Below are positions 21,981 to 37,834 of a stretch of 64,000 bases of DNA, in pieces; position 1 is the first letter of the stretch; each line of letters starts with the position of its first letter. This DNA comes from Neocallimastix sp. 'constans' (Eukaryota). The stretch covers positions 372,001-436,000 of the forward strand of contig JBODTK010000123.1 in assembly GCA_050613775.1 (NCBI GenBank). The letters are read 5' to 3'. The translations under genes were made by a program, and so were the position numbers. The notes under the pieces were generated by a model. It did not search any database, was not told the origin of the DNA, and saw only the letters and a list, made by a program, of their open reading frames with translations.

Positions 21981-22516
21981 ATGATAGAAGTATTAGATTT
22001 TTTTTTATAATATATCTAGTACTTTTAGTCATAAATAGTTGCATTTAATAATAATAAATAAAATTTTTAATATAGCAATAATAAAAATTTATAATAATAA
22101 TAATAATAAAATAATAATAATTATAATAAAATATTTTTAAAAACAATAATAATAATAATAATAATAATAATAAAGTTATAATAAAATATTTTTAAAAATA
22201 ATAACAATAATAATAATAATGGAATTTTCATTCAATTAATTATAAATAATATAAGTAATGTTTTTCTAAAATAATAAAATATTTTTACTATTCAAGTTTA
22301 GTAATCATCAATTATCAAATAATTATATATATATACTTCAAATCTTAAGATTTGAATTATACCTATAAAGATTATTTTTACCAATCAAGATAAATTTTTA
22401 ATTTAAAAATTATTTTTTAATAAATTTTAAATTTTTATGCTTTTTATATTAAAATAAAAAATTTATTATTATAAGAAAAATATTATTATTTTTTTTATAT
22501 TTTACCATATATAATA

Positions 22517-22710
22517 ATGAGTAATTTAGATAACATTTCAATTGAATTTCAAAAAAATGAATTAGAGATTTTAAAAAATGATTTTAATGAAAATTCAAAT
22601 ATAAATGGAAAGAAAACAATAGAATTGATATTTAAAATTAATATTAATGATATTTTAAATGAAAATGATTCTATTATAATTACATTCTTTCAAGTAAAAT
22701 TAATAATTAT

Positions 22711-22795
<85 letters not shown>

Positions 22796-22832
22796 AGAAA
22801 AAAAGAAAATTTACAAAATTCTAATATATTTA

Positions 22833-22877
<45 letters not shown>

Positions 22878-23872
22878 AAATAGGTATTGTTAAAATTCGT
22901 AAATAATTGCTTACTCTATCTTTCTAAAGAGCAATTACAGCAATGGATAACCAATGTTAATAATAAATTTATTATTATTCCTTTGGAAAATAAAGATGAA
23001 GTTGTCATTAATGAAATTTTAGAATTTTTCTTGGTTCAAACAAACATTCTCATAAATAATGAAAATAAGGAGGAGAAAATTGTAGATTTATCGGAATGGA
23101 TAATAAATTTAATAAAGTTAAATAAAATTTTCAGTAATTCAAGTTTTGAATGGAAATTACATAATAAATTTTTAATTGTAAGATTAAAATCATTTAAGAT
23201 TTTTTTTTTTTCTTTCTAAAAAAAAAGGTTTTAAATGATTTTAGAAAGCTTGTTTAAAATCAATAAAATTTAATATTAGTAAAAATTAAAAATATATATT
23301 CAAAATAATAATAAATTTCTATTATTATATATTTAAAGATTTTAAATAATCTATTAACATTAGACCAAGGACATACAAATCTTATAGAAATGAAAGAAGA
23401 AATCTTAACTATAATTTCAAATGCTATTTCTTACAGTCAGTATGTTGTTAGAAATGAAATTCTGAATATAATTCAAATAATAGTGAAATACAAATTTAAT
23501 GAAAAAGAAAATATAATACAAGGTATAAATAATAATAATAAATTTCTTTTAAGTTAAATATTTTAAATTTAAAATAATAAATTTGAAATTATAATTATTA
23601 ATTATTAATTATAAAATAATTTAAATAATTAAACTTTTAATAATATGTTTATTTTAATTTTAATTTTATTTTATTATTATTATTATTATTCTTTAGATAT
23701 ATTTAATCTTATATATAATTCATTAAAATATGAAAATAATATAAATGTTAAGAATAATAAAATTAAATTATTAATTGAATTAATTGAACAAGTATGAATA
23801 TTCTCTCTCTCTTTATATATATATATATATATTTTTTTTAAAAAGAAAAACTTATAAAAAATGCTTTATATT

Positions 23873-23910
<38 letters not shown>

Positions 23911-24111
23911 TTTAATATTATTATTTTTATCAATATTATACAATTTTTAGATATCAATTAATAAGGATACAGCAATAAATATTTTAACCTTTTCTCTTTT
24001 AGAAATATCACAAAATGATATATCCTGTAATAATTCTAAAAAACTTTTAATATCAGTCAAAGAAAATGAATTTATTAAAAAATATGTATATAAGGTAATT
24101 CGAAAAGTTCA

Positions 24112-24142
<31 letters not shown>

Positions 24143-24434
24143 AACTTAGATACATTTATTTTATAATTAAATATATTATTATATTTTATTTTACATTATA
24201 TATATATTTCATATTTTTATAATTAAATATTTTATTTTACATTATATATATATATATTTCTTATTTTTGTAATTAAATATTTTATTTTACATTATATATA
24301 TATATATATTTCTTATTTTTATAATTAAATATTTTATTTTACATTATATATATATATATATATATTTCTTATTTTTATAATTAAATATTTTATTTTACAT
24401 TATATATATATTTACGTCTTATTTTAATCAATAT

Positions 24435-24481
<47 letters not shown>

Positions 24482-25450
24482 TAATTTTAATTTATTTTTT
24501 AGATAATATGTGGAAATAAAATTGATGGGATCGATTCACCTGAAGATTACTTAAAATTAATAATAGGATGTTTTTTTACTTATGATTTAAAAGAATATCT
24601 TTTATATAAGACATCTTTTGATTTATTACTTAATAAATTAATTGATATAAAAAGAACAGTTCGTAATAATAATGAAATTATTGCCAAATTTAAGTAATTT
24701 TTTTTTTTTCTAATATATATATATATTGTTATTATTATTTTATTTTATATATTTATTTATTATTATTTATTATTATTATATATATATTCATCATTAAATA
24801 TTCATTTATAAAATTATGAAATTATTGTTATTCATCATTATTTATTATTATTTATTATTATTATTATTTATATATTTATCATTAAATGTTCATTTATGAA
24901 ATTATGGAATTATAATTTTATAAATATAGACAATTAAGTCAATTAATATCCAGTAATCTTAATTACGAAGAATTAAATGGACTTCTATCCCATATGCTGT
25001 CATTAAACCGAATTGATGCTATAAATAGTTATGAAATTGATTCCATCTTTTTTCTTAATAGTTTTTATCAAAATAAATCCGATAATTTCATAAGTACAGT
25101 AGAGAAAATCAAAATTGAAGAAATTAATAGTGAAAAAATAAAGAATGTTTCCAATGATGATATCATTAATACATTATGCAAACGACTCGAACCATCCTCC
25201 TTTTTTAACAGAGAATTTAATGATGGTAAATATTATCTTTTTTTTAATAATAATAATAATAATAATATTTTTTTTTTTTTTTTTTCTTAAACTAATTTAA
25301 TTAATAATTCAACACTATTTTTTTTTCTTTGAATTATAATTATATTTTATTACTAATTATTATTATTATTATTATTATTTTGTATTATTTATTTATTTAT
25401 TTATTTTTATTTTTATTATAATATATATATATATATATGATTTTTATATG

Positions 25451-25487
<37 letters not shown>

Positions 25488-26434
25488 TATTTTTATTTTT
25501 ATTTTTTGATATTTTAAGTTGAAGATAAAACATATTTTAAAAAAGTTGATGAATTTAAAATTTTAGCTAAATCGTTATTTGAAATATTATATATCATCAT
25601 TATTCAACAAGAAATAAGCATAGTATGTAAATTAATTTATATTTTTAAAAAACAAAGTAGAAAAAAAAATTTTTTTTCATTTTTTTTAATGATTGTATTT
25701 ATATAATCATAATAGTATTTCTAATTTTGTTAATATATATTTATAAAATTATTTTCAAAATAGAATAACTATCCAGAAATTCTTTATTGTTGTTCAATGT
25801 TTTTAGGAGATGAAATAAATAATAAATGGAGTACTAATGAAATTAGAATAATTTCTAAAGGTAATTATAATATAATATATTTATTATTATAATAATAATA
25901 ATAATTAGGATTATTACTTTTCATTATTTATTTATTTATTATATATATATTATTTATAATTATTATTGGTTAAAATATATATATAATATAAATATAATAT
26001 TAATATCATATTTCTATTTCAGATATAATCAAAACCGTTAATGAAAAGCTTAACAAAAATGAAAATTCTGAAGAATTCAACGAAAAACTTTTAATCAATA
26101 AATATTATGAACATATATTACTAAATAAAATTAAACCTTTATTTAATCAACCCTATCGAGGTTCAAAAACAAAAAAAGATTTTAAAAATAATATTTATGA
26201 CGTTCAACTATGGAAAACAGATCATCCAGCTTCCATTTATGCATTTAATTGGTTAACATACCATATTGAAGTAAATTTATATAATATTAATATGTTTATT
26301 TATATATTTAATAATTGTTAAAAATTACAATAATTTGTAATATTTAATTATTATTATCAATTATTTATTTATTTATTATAATTATTATTATTTATTATTA
26401 TTTATCTGTCCATTTAATTATTTATTAATTGAAA

Positions 26435-26480
<46 letters not shown>

Positions 26481-27044
26481 GTTAGACTGATCAAATTAAT
26501 AAATATTTTTCTAATAATGTTCCCATTATATTGACTTTAATTGATGATTATCAAATTCCTTATAAATTACTTGGTGTAAGACTAACAAATTATTGTATTA
26601 TTAATCATACTGACCCAGTACAATTTAGATCTACAGGATTAGCAAATGTCTTTTTAGAGGTTTGATATTTATTATTTATTATTATGTATCATTAATATTA
26701 ATATCATTATAAAAATTTATATAATATGATAATAATAATTATGAAATTAATTATAATAATAATATTAATTTTTATTATTATTATATAAATAAAATATAAA
26801 TATATATATTATATATATGTTTTAAAAGGCTTTACGTCTCTGTTTATCTTTTCATTCGGATTCAGAATTAATGGATGAATCATTACCATGTATTATTAAT
26901 TTAATTAAATTAATGGTTAATTATAATGATCCACAAAATTCACCAGAATTTTTCTCATTAGTAGAAAGTATTATAACAGAAGATATAGTTAAAGGATTAT
27001 CACTATCTATCGGTAAATCTACAACTGCTGTAAATATCATAATA

Positions 27045-27088
<44 letters not shown>

Positions 27089-27344
27089 ATTACTTTGTTA
27101 ATATTGTTTTTTAAATTATATTATTTCATTTTTTTTTTTTTTTTTTAGATATATTTAAAACATGTACCTTTAATAGTTGAATCAATTGGAATAGTTTCTA
27201 TAAGATATTTACAGGTAAAATTTTTGATGGAAATAATATGAAAATTAATTATAAATATTATATATACTCAATGATAATATAATTAAATAATTATTTATAA
27301 TTATATTAATATTATAATATAATATATAATATATATTATTTTTA

Positions 27345-27375
<31 letters not shown>

Positions 27376-27659
27376 CAATCTGTACTTTACATTTATATTT
27401 CAACTATTTATTTTATTTTATTTTATTTTATTTTAGATATTTGTTGGACCATGCTGTGAAATATTATCATTTAATTATGGGGATTATAAAAATCAAGTTT
27501 ACGCATCAAAAGCTTTGCTATCATTAATAAATGTCTGTATACCCAGGTAAAAATTAATATGACAAAGAAGTATTAAATTCTGTATAATAAATATATTATT
27601 AAAAAAAAAAAAAAAAAAAAAAAGAATAAAATAATAAGAATAAAAATGTTAACATTTTT

Positions 27660-27697
<38 letters not shown>

Positions 27698-28358
27698 CAA
27701 TATAAAACTATAATAATAATAATAATATCATAAATAAATAATAGAATTAATAAATATATTGGAACAATTATGGAATCCACGGCTGAGTGTTGGCGTCAAT
27801 TGAAAAAGAGAGAAAATATAAGAAAAGACATAGATTCAAAAGGTAAAATATTAAATTTATCAAGTGTTTTATATAGCTTTTTAATTTTATATAATTTTTT
27901 ATTATATTTATAATCAATAAATATTTTGAATATATTATTATTTTTATTATTTTTATTATTTTTTTTTTGATTATAAATTTATTAAATGGTGTAAATATAA
28001 TTTTTTTTTTTTATTTATTATTTAAACTATGATTAGAACAAGAATTAAAGAATAACCTAGAAAAAAATTTAAAGGATATATACAAAGTACTAATGCAAAC
28101 AAAAATTAAATCAGTCGAGGTATTTATTAAATAATAATAATAATAATAATAATATAATTATAATAATAATATAATAATAATAATAATAATAATATAATTA
28201 TAATAATAATAATATAATTATAATTATAATAATAATAATAATAATAATAATATAATTATAATAATAATAATATCTATATAATTTATTGTAAATAGAATAA
28301 CATTGCTTTATTACAACTTATTGACCCAACAATTTATCAAGATTTATTAGAAATTTAA
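22517..28358 (+). CDS. TTI2: TTI2-like (TELO2-interacting protein 2, TTT complex) ARM/HEAT protein, many exons
   Basis: The C-terminal exons give WKTDHPASIYAFNW, PIILTLIDDYQIPYKLLGV, FRSTGLANVFLEAL, IGIVSIRYLQ and LINVCIPRINKY, matching the Tti2 family pattern. The N-terminal exons are less certain. Confidence 0.75.
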
Positions 28359-29298
28359 ATAAACAAAACTAAACTAAAAATTTCCATTAAAAAATATATA
28401 TATAGTTTTATAAATATAAATATATATATATTTTATATAAATAATTAAAAGATTAAATCAATATATTGATTCATATATTTATTTATATTTTACCATATTT
28501 AAATTAATAAAAATGGAAGTATAAAATGTAACCCTTAATGAATTATATATATTAAAGTTAATATCCTATATACAACCATTTAATTAAATTTCATAAATAT
28601 AAATAAATAAATAATAAATAATATATAAAAAATAATAAATATTATTAAATAATAAAAGAAGTTTCAGTTGATTTATAATAAAATTCTATTTAAATATTAT
28701 TTGAAGATTTATAATAAAATTCTACTTTAAATACTATTTGAAGATTTATAATGGAATTCTATTTAAATATTATTTGAACTTTTTTATTTTATATATAATT
28801 TAATAATAATTAATAAATAATAAAAATAGGATAAATGATATTTAAAAACCAGAAAAAAAAATTATGTATTAAATATGCATTAAATAAATAAATTTGTAAA
28901 AAAAAAAAAAAAATTTTTTTTTGACAGCTTTATATAATTTAATAGATTTTATATTAATGAACATAAAAAAAAATATATATATATATCATGACTTTTTAAA
29001 ATTCATTTATGTACATATCTTCATATTAAAACTTGATTATAATGATGTATATTATATATTTTATATCTTTTTTATTTCTATATTTTATATTTTATATATT
29101 TTATATTTTAATATTTTATATTTTAATATTTTATATTTCTATATTTTATATTTAATATTTTATATTTCTATAACTATTTAAATTATTTTTTATCTTTTTT
29201 TTTAAAAATATTTCATAATAGGTTAATAAGTAAGAGAATAACTAATTTATAAATAAAATAAGTATATATATATAAATCATTATTTAAAAATAAATAAT

Positions 29299-29379
29299 AG
29301 AATTTTTGTTTCATTTTTTTCATAATTCTTATTACACGAATGAATAATCGATCAGTCAATTATTCCTTATCTTTTTAGT

Positions 29380-29412
<33 letters not shown>

Positions 29413-29892
29413 ACCATACCAAGTAAATTAATTACATGATGTTTAAAATCACCATACTAAAGTAAAATTAACTATCTGATATTTAAAATCACCTTACTAA
29501 GTAAAATTAACTACCTGATGTTTAAAAATAAATGACAGAATTTTTATTTCATTCTTTTCATAATTCTTATTTCACGAATGAATAATCGATCAGTCAATTA
29601 TTCTTTATCTTTTTAGTAATTAAAAAAAAAAAAAAAAACGTCTTACTAAGTAGAATTAACTACTTGATGTTTAAAATTACCTTACAAAGTAAAATTAACT
29701 ACCTGATGTTTAAAATCACCTTACTAACTAAATTAACTACCTGATATTTAAAATCACCTTACTAAGTAAAATTAACTACCTGATATTTAAAATCACCTTA
29801 CTAAGTAAAATTAACTACCTGATGTTTAAAATCACCTTACTAACTAAATTAACTACCTGATATTTAAAATCACCTTACTAAGTAAAATTAAA
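29299..29892. repeat. Compound repeat: duplicated ~90-bp head plus a 37-38-bp minisatellite
   Basis: CATAATTCTTATT.CACGAATGAATAATCGATCAGTCAATTATTC occurs twice. Each copy is followed by poly-A and an array of AAAATCACCTTACTAAGTAAAATTAACTACCTGATRTTT. Confidence 0.9.
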
Positions 29893-30555
29893 GACTGAAT
29901 AAAAAAAAAAGTTTTTAAAGTTAAATGATGTTAAGCTAAGTTGTATATGAATTAATGGAAATGAAATTCATTCTATTATTCTATAGAATATAGCATATAT
30001 AGAATATATAACATATAGCATATAATATTATATTATGAATGCCATTGAAATTATTTTAATTATTTATTTTATATTCCATATATAGTTCAACAATATTTTA
30101 TGTTTACATTTAACAATTTAATCATAGTTTAAAATTAAAGAAAAAAAAAAAAGAAAAATGTTTATACGGTTAATACCATATATGTACATATTAAAATTTT
30201 ATATTTTAATTTTACATTAATGTATTATATTACATATACTATATATTAACATAAATTATACAAAACATACATTATAATATATAATTATTATATATATTTA
30301 TGATTATATATAATATTTAATTTATTATTATATATAATATATATATTTTTGTATATATTTTATTTATTTATTCATTTTATTATTACTTTTTTTATTTCAT
30401 GTGTCAATCATTCGATAAAATAATGAATGGAGAATGTTTTTTCAGATTATTATTATTATTATTTATAATATATTAGGAGTCTCGTTAATATGATTAAAGG
30501 ACTTATATAGTAATTAATGCTGATATAATAATTATTATTCATAGAGTTATAATTG

Positions 30556-30592
<37 letters not shown>

Positions 30593-30915
30593 GTACTAAA
30601 AAAAAAAATATAAATATTAAAATAAAAATATATAAATATATAAATATATAGTATAATTATTCATTATATATATCATTTTTAGATATTCTTCATTTTAAGA
30701 ATATTCATGAAAATGTTTTTTCGATATTTTAGCATTTCATTTATTAATATATATATATTTATTTAAGAGAAGATAAGTTTTTTTTTTTTTTTTTTTTTTA
30801 AATAAAAAAAAAATAAAAAATTATTTCTTAAATCATCTATTAATTTTACTTAAAAGTAAATTTAAAAATAATATAGATTTAAATAATAAGAGATTTATCT
30901 CTCATATATATTTTA

Positions 30916-30990
30916 TTGTAAAGATTATATACCTTTGTTTTGATAATCTTAAATAAAGATTATCAAAATAAAGGTATATAATCTTTACAA
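30916..30990. repeat. 35-bp inverted repeat with a 5-nt loop
   Basis: TTGTAAAGATTATATACCTTTGTTTTGATAATCTT-AAATA-AAGATTATCAAAATAAAGGTATATAATCTTTACAA, with one G-T mismatch. Confidence 0.95.
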
Positions 30991-32927
30991 AAAAAGTTAC
31001 CATCATTAAATTTCCCATTAATAAATATTTCAAATTATGAAATGATAATCATTATCAAATTATATAACAATATAAAAATTTTTTCTTTTTTTTATCTTTT
31101 TATGATATTTAATTATTATTATTTAATTAATTATTTATTATTTATTATTTATAATTTATTATTTATTATTTATTATTTATTATTTATAATTTATTATTCC
31201 ATTATTTATTATTTATTATTTATTATTCCATTATTTATTATTTATTATTTATTATTCAATTATTCAATTATTTATTATTTATTATTTAATATTTAATATT
31301 TATTATTTAATTATTTAATATTTAATATTTAATATTTATTATTTAATTATTATTAATTATATAATAATATTTATTAGTTTTTATTTATGATTTATTTATT
31401 ATTATTTTTTTAATTTTATTTCTATTCAATTAAAAAACACGTGAATATAACATGAATAAATATTTGACTTAATAATTGTAAAAATATAGATATCATTGGT
31501 AATTATTTCTTTATCGATATAACCAATCATTTTCTAAAATAATATATTATAATATTACTATAATAAAAAATTTCTTTTTTTTATATAAAACAATTTATAT
31601 TATTTCTTTTAAAAAAAAATGTGGAAAATTAAAGAAAATATTTATTTATTTATTTATTATAATATAATATATTGTTTATTCGTATATATTTAATTTTAAT
31701 ATTATTAATTAAAATGTTTATATAATATTATTGATGTTATATTATCTAATTGGATATACAATTTTAATAGAATTACATATAATGAAGAAAAAAGACATTA
31801 TTTATTTATTTATTTATTTATTTTTCATTTCTTTAATTATTCAATGAAATAACCACACTCTCTTGTTATAATTAACTTTAATATACACTATAATCATTTA
31901 TGGATTCAATTTAATTCTTCAATATATATAAATTGATTAATTAACATGGAAATTTTATTAATATATGTTATTATATATTATAACCCTTTCTTATAGTCCT
32001 TTTAATTTTCCTAATTCTTAAGAAAAAAAAATTTATATATTAAAAATAATATAAATGACATTTTATATTAAGTGTTCCTTTTTTTAGATTATTTTATTAA
32101 ATATATTAAAGTAATAATTAATATAAATAATTAATATTAAAAAATATAATAGATATAAATTATAATTAAAAATGAATATATAATAAATATATACATGAAT
32201 AATTATAAATATTTTAAAACTATGAATAATATATAATAATAAATATACAAATATTATTAATAATAAATATATATATAATAATAAATATATAAATAATAAA
32301 TATACAATATACAAATAATATTAATGATAAATATACAATATACAAATAATATTAATAATAAATATATATAATATATATATATATACTTTTATGATAATAA
32401 TAATAATAAACATTAAATGAATATTAAATAAACTTGATAATATTATTTTATTATTTTACTAAAATTTATTTTTATTATTAAATAATTCAATATATATAAA
32501 CATATTTAATATATTTATCATATTTAATACAAAGATTTAAACATATTTTAAAAATTAAAAAATAAGAGTAAAAAAAAAAAAGTAATAAAGAAGTTGTTTT
32601 ATTATTTTTTTTCTTTATTTTAATATAATTATATTCAATGATAATAATTAATAGATAATATAATATATATTGATATTTAATGATCCTTAATGAAAAAAAT
32701 ATTACTAAAGTAACAGTTATTTCATTTATATATTAAGGATATATAAGTGTTTCAAAAAGAAATCTCTAAAAGAAAAATATTTTTTTTTTTTAAAGTAACA
32801 ATTAAAATAATTACAAAATTTAACAAATATAGAAGTTTATAGATAATAATCAAAAAGAATTTTTTTTTTTTTAAAAAAAAAAAGAATAGACAAATTCTTT
32901 ATATATAATATATCAAATAAATATCAA

Positions 32928-35900
32928 ATGATAGTATTAGAAGAAAATAAATTAGTTGAAACTTTTTTTGGATTTATTGAAAATCCCAAAGATGGTTTAA
33001 TTTTATTTCAAGCTGTAAAAGATGGAATCTTACCATCTATTCAACGTAGGTTATCTATTGAACAAAGAATTCAAATTAAATCTGGATCAGTATTTGTTTT
33101 TAACGAAACAGAATCTAACATACGAAGGTACTTTATCATTAATAGTGTTTATTTTTAATTTTTTAAATTTTTATTTTGCTTTTTATTGTTATATATATAT
33201 TATTATATTTTCTTTATCAAATTGAAATTTTATATATATTATGTCTAAGATAGAGAATTAAATAAATTTTAAAATTTCTTTATATTCTATTTCGAAAATA
33301 TAAACATTAAATATGTAAAAATGTTTAATAATATTAAATTAAATTGTAAAATTTAAAATTATGTGTAGATGGACAGATGGTAGAAATTGGACTCCTTCAA
33401 GAGTTCAGGGAGATTTTTTAATATATAGAGAATTAGAAAAAAATATGGACAAGGCAAAAAGGGATAAAAAAACATTAAAAAATAGTAAAAGTAATAAATT
33501 TCTTGAAATTAATTTTTAAATAATTAAAAAAAAATAATTAATATATAAATTATCATCTTTTTATAATTATTATTATTTAATATTATAAATATTTTAAAAT
33601 AGGAAGTTTAGGTTTAAAATCTCTCGATGCAAAAAAAGCATTATCAAGATATGAATCTTTAAATATTCCAACATTTCGTCCAGATAAATTTTTAATAAAA
33701 TTAGATGGACTGATAAAGAAAACAATGTCAGTAGTGATAAAAGGACAAACATATCACATGATTAGTTATTATAAAGAAAATGATGTTCTTGATAATAAAT
33801 TAAGTACGCCATCAGAAGTAAAATCTCTGAAGAAAGTAGTAATATCGGATGAACTTTTACATCAATTAAAGCAACCAACGCAAAAAGCTCCAGAATTAGA
33901 AGAAATTAAGAAACTAAAAAATTTAAATTCATTAACTAATTCAACGATAAATATGTCGAGTAAAGATGTAATAAATAAATCAAATGAAATTAATAAACAA
34001 CAATTTATGAACATTTCAACTACTATAGATAATTCTGTTAATATCAGTAATCCAAATAATATAGATAATTTAGATAGTGATAAAATTAATAAAAGTAAAG
34101 AAAATATAAAATCAAATATTGATAATACTAAATCAAAAGGAAAAAATATTGAAGAAATGATTTCTCAAATAGATGACAATTTACATTTTCTACAAATTTC
34201 AAAAAATAATCCTCAAATATTAAATCATCTTCAAATGAATCCTGAATTACTTCATCATGTAACGCAATTATTAAATGAAAAAGCTAACAATGCAAATAAT
34301 GTTAAATTGGAAAATATTCATAAAGACCATAATATTTTAAATCATAATATAAATAATATTAAAAATAATATAAATCCAATAACTAATCACTCTTTATTAA
34401 ATCAAAATGAAGCTAATACTTCTCATCCTTCTTTATCATTATTAAATAACCAAACCCATGATAATGCAATACAATATTCTAATATGGTAAGTTATTATAT
34501 AGTCATAAATTATACTATATAAACTACTATATAATATATATAATATATATTTTATTTTTAAATAATGAACAATAAAGTTTATGTTCATTAAATTATTCAT
34601 TAAATTTAATTATATAAACTTTAAAAAAAAAAAAAAATCGCATTATTAACCTTTATTTAATTTATACTTAAAAAATCTTTAAATCATTAATATTAATATA
34701 TTAATGATTATAAAATAAAAAAAAAAAAAAAAAAAAGGAAAATCATCATCAAAATTTAAATATAGAATCACTTTATCATCAATTAGATAATAAATTACAT
34801 CACCCGAATGAAAATGAAAAAGAAGAAATACATTCAAATGAAGAATTATTAAATTTATTTTTACAATTAGCAGAAAAAGAAAAATTACATATAGATAATG
34901 AGATTAACAAAAAAGAATATAGTTTATTAAAACATGAGAATTTATCAATTCATGAATTATTACATCATACTAACCCAGAATTATTAAATTATTTTAATGG
35001 AAGTCTTCATGGCCTACATGAAATTTTAGCTCAGGAAAAAAGTATGAATCATCATGTTCTTAATAATACTTCAGCAGAGACACCAGGAGCAACTGTCAAT
35101 CATGATGCTGCCATTAACTTGCTTGCTAATGAAAATCTTCCTCATTATTCAAATAATCAACAATTACTTGAATATTTATTACATCTTGATAATGAGCAAA
35201 AACTTTCCCAAAATGATTTAAATAACACCCTTTTAAATAATGTAAATATAGAAGCTTTCCAACACAATTTAAATAATAATCATCATATAACTTCAGTAGC
35301 TACATCTTCAGACAACCATACTGATCATTCTGGGCATACTAATCATGATATACAAACGACATTAGGACATTCAATGAATCATGATCCTTCACAAGAACAT
35401 AGCATTGATAAATCAACATTAATATCTTTAAATGATAAATTAAATCAAGAACAAAAGATTACAACAGAACCGATAAATAAAGATTCAACAGAAAATTTAA
35501 ATGAAAATTCAGAATTTAATCCAAATCAAAATTCTATTGAAATAAATATGAGTCATATATTACAATTTTTAAATTCTAATCAAGATCTTGATATGGAAAC
35601 ACTACAAAATTTACTTCAATATGCCAATCATGAACAAAATAGTGAATTGGCACACTACTTGGAAACAATTATTCATATGTTAATTATAGAACAGCAACAG
35701 CATCATTTAGGTGAAGTAACTCAGCCTATGGAAGGGGAACATTCCTTTTCTATATTAAATAATAATGAAAATCAAAATCAAAACCAAAATCAAAACCAAA
35801 ATCAAAATCATCAAAATCAAAATCAAAATCAAGATCATAATCATCAAGATCAAATTCATTCAGATTTTCTTTCCTCTACTCATAATGACATATCAAACCA

Positions 35901-36291
35901 AAATATTTTAAATTATTTACATTTAAATAATTTATCAAATACATTATTGGATACTAATCATTTAACTGAAAATAGTTTATATACCCACTTAACACATTCT
36001 AATAATGTATCTCAACCTTTACCTGTATCGAATATTCATACTTCAACTGTGAATACGATGACTTCACTACCTTCCTCAATTCAACAGGAGCTTATTCATG
36101 TTTTAGCAACTGAAAGTTCAACAGCACATCACCCATCCCTTACTAATAATTATTCTATATATCATGATCATGAAGGTGAGGATCAAATGGATCATGATCA
36201 TAATTCATCTTCTAATGATCACAGTCACGTTGATGAAATGATGGAACATGAACCTCTAATCCCAATTCAAACCACAATGAGTTTTAGTTAA
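32928..36291 (+). CDS. WOPR-domain (Gti1/Pac2/Wor1 family) transcription factor
   Basis: ETFFGFIENPKDGLILFQAV...RRLSIEQRIQIKSGSVFVFNETESNIRRWTDGRNWTPSRVQGDFLIYREL...DGLIKKTMSVVIKGQTYHMISYY gives both WOPR boxes. Long N/H/Q-rich C-terminus. Confidence 0.93.
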
Positions 36292-36450
36292 AACTATTTT
36301 AAAATAAACAAAATACAAACAAACAAACAAAAAAAAAAAAAAAAAAAAAAAGGTAAAATATAAAAAAGAAATAATAAAAAATGTTAATTTAAATATTAAT
36401 TTTATTATAGTATATATATATACATTTCGAATTAGCAAATAATAAGAAAT

Positions 36451-36486
<36 letters not shown>

Positions 36487-37571
36487 GTATAATATTATTT
36501 AATAATATTATTATTTATTAATAATCTATAATTTATTTATTTATATATATATAACTATTTTTTTTTTCTCATTATATTATTATTTATTAATAATATATAT
36601 ATTTTTTTTCTTTTCTTTTATAGATAATAATTAAATCAATTTTATCATTATTTATTAACAATATCTATAAAAGCATAGGCTTTTTTTTTTTTTTTTTTTT
36701 TTTCCATTTATATATATTATATATTTAAATAATATTTTTTCATTTATTTAAATCTTTTTAAATACATATATATATTTATTATTTATTTCAATTTATTTAA
36801 ACATTTTTTTAATATTTATATATATATATTGTTACTTTTATTTTATTTTATTTTATTATTTTATTTTATTATTTTTTTTTTGTTTTATAATTATTAATTT
36901 TTTTTTTTTTTTATATTTTATTTTTTAATTGAACAGTTTTTTTTTTAATTATTTCTTTTTTCTAATTAATATATATATATAAATATATCATAACATATAA
37001 AGCATATTTAAATAGGAATTTAAATTTGTTTTTAATTGTTATATATTTCTAAATATATATATATTTGTATTATTCACTTATTATTATTAAACTTATTATA
37101 ACAAATTAATGAGTGATTATTAATTACAATAATAGGTATTATTATTATCTCTATTATATATAAGAAATTAGCATATATGATAATGGATAAAAATAAAAAT
37201 AATAATAATGATTATATAATAATAAATTAATTAATAGATAAATCAAAAAAATCTTTGACCTTTTTTTCTTTTTTTTTTTTTTTTTTTTTCAATTTTTAAT
37301 ATATATATATTTATATATATATATATATTTTATTTTCATTTTTTTTTATTTTGGTAAAAGAAATTAAATTATATAAATATATAAAGGCAAAAAGATAAAA
37401 AATAATAAATAATAAATAATAAATAAATAAATAATAAATAATAAATAAATAAATAATAAATAAATAAATTTAAAATAAAACGTGTAGGTCTATTTTTTTT
37501 TAAAATATATATATATATATTTATAAAATAATATGGTGTAAAATAAAAAAAAAAAAAAATAATTAAATTTG

Positions 37572-37604
<33 letters not shown>

Positions 37605-37623
37605 TGACACTGAAACACTGTAG

Positions 37624-37665
<42 letters not shown>

Positions 37666-37834
37666 AATATAATAAAAAATAAAATAAAAGTAAAATAAAA
37701 TAAAGTAAAATAAAAATAAAAAAAAAAAAAAATAAAAAAAATGATCAACCAGTTAAAACAAAAACAAAAAAAAAAAGTTAAAAACATCTTTAAAAAAAGA
37801 TAGTATTGGTATCCATTAAACTCTTTCTCTCTCT

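Noticed and set aside
29400..29892. 37-38-bp repeats as a CRISPR array
   Set aside because: Units are directly adjacent with no unique spacers, there are no cas genes, and the context is eukaryotic.
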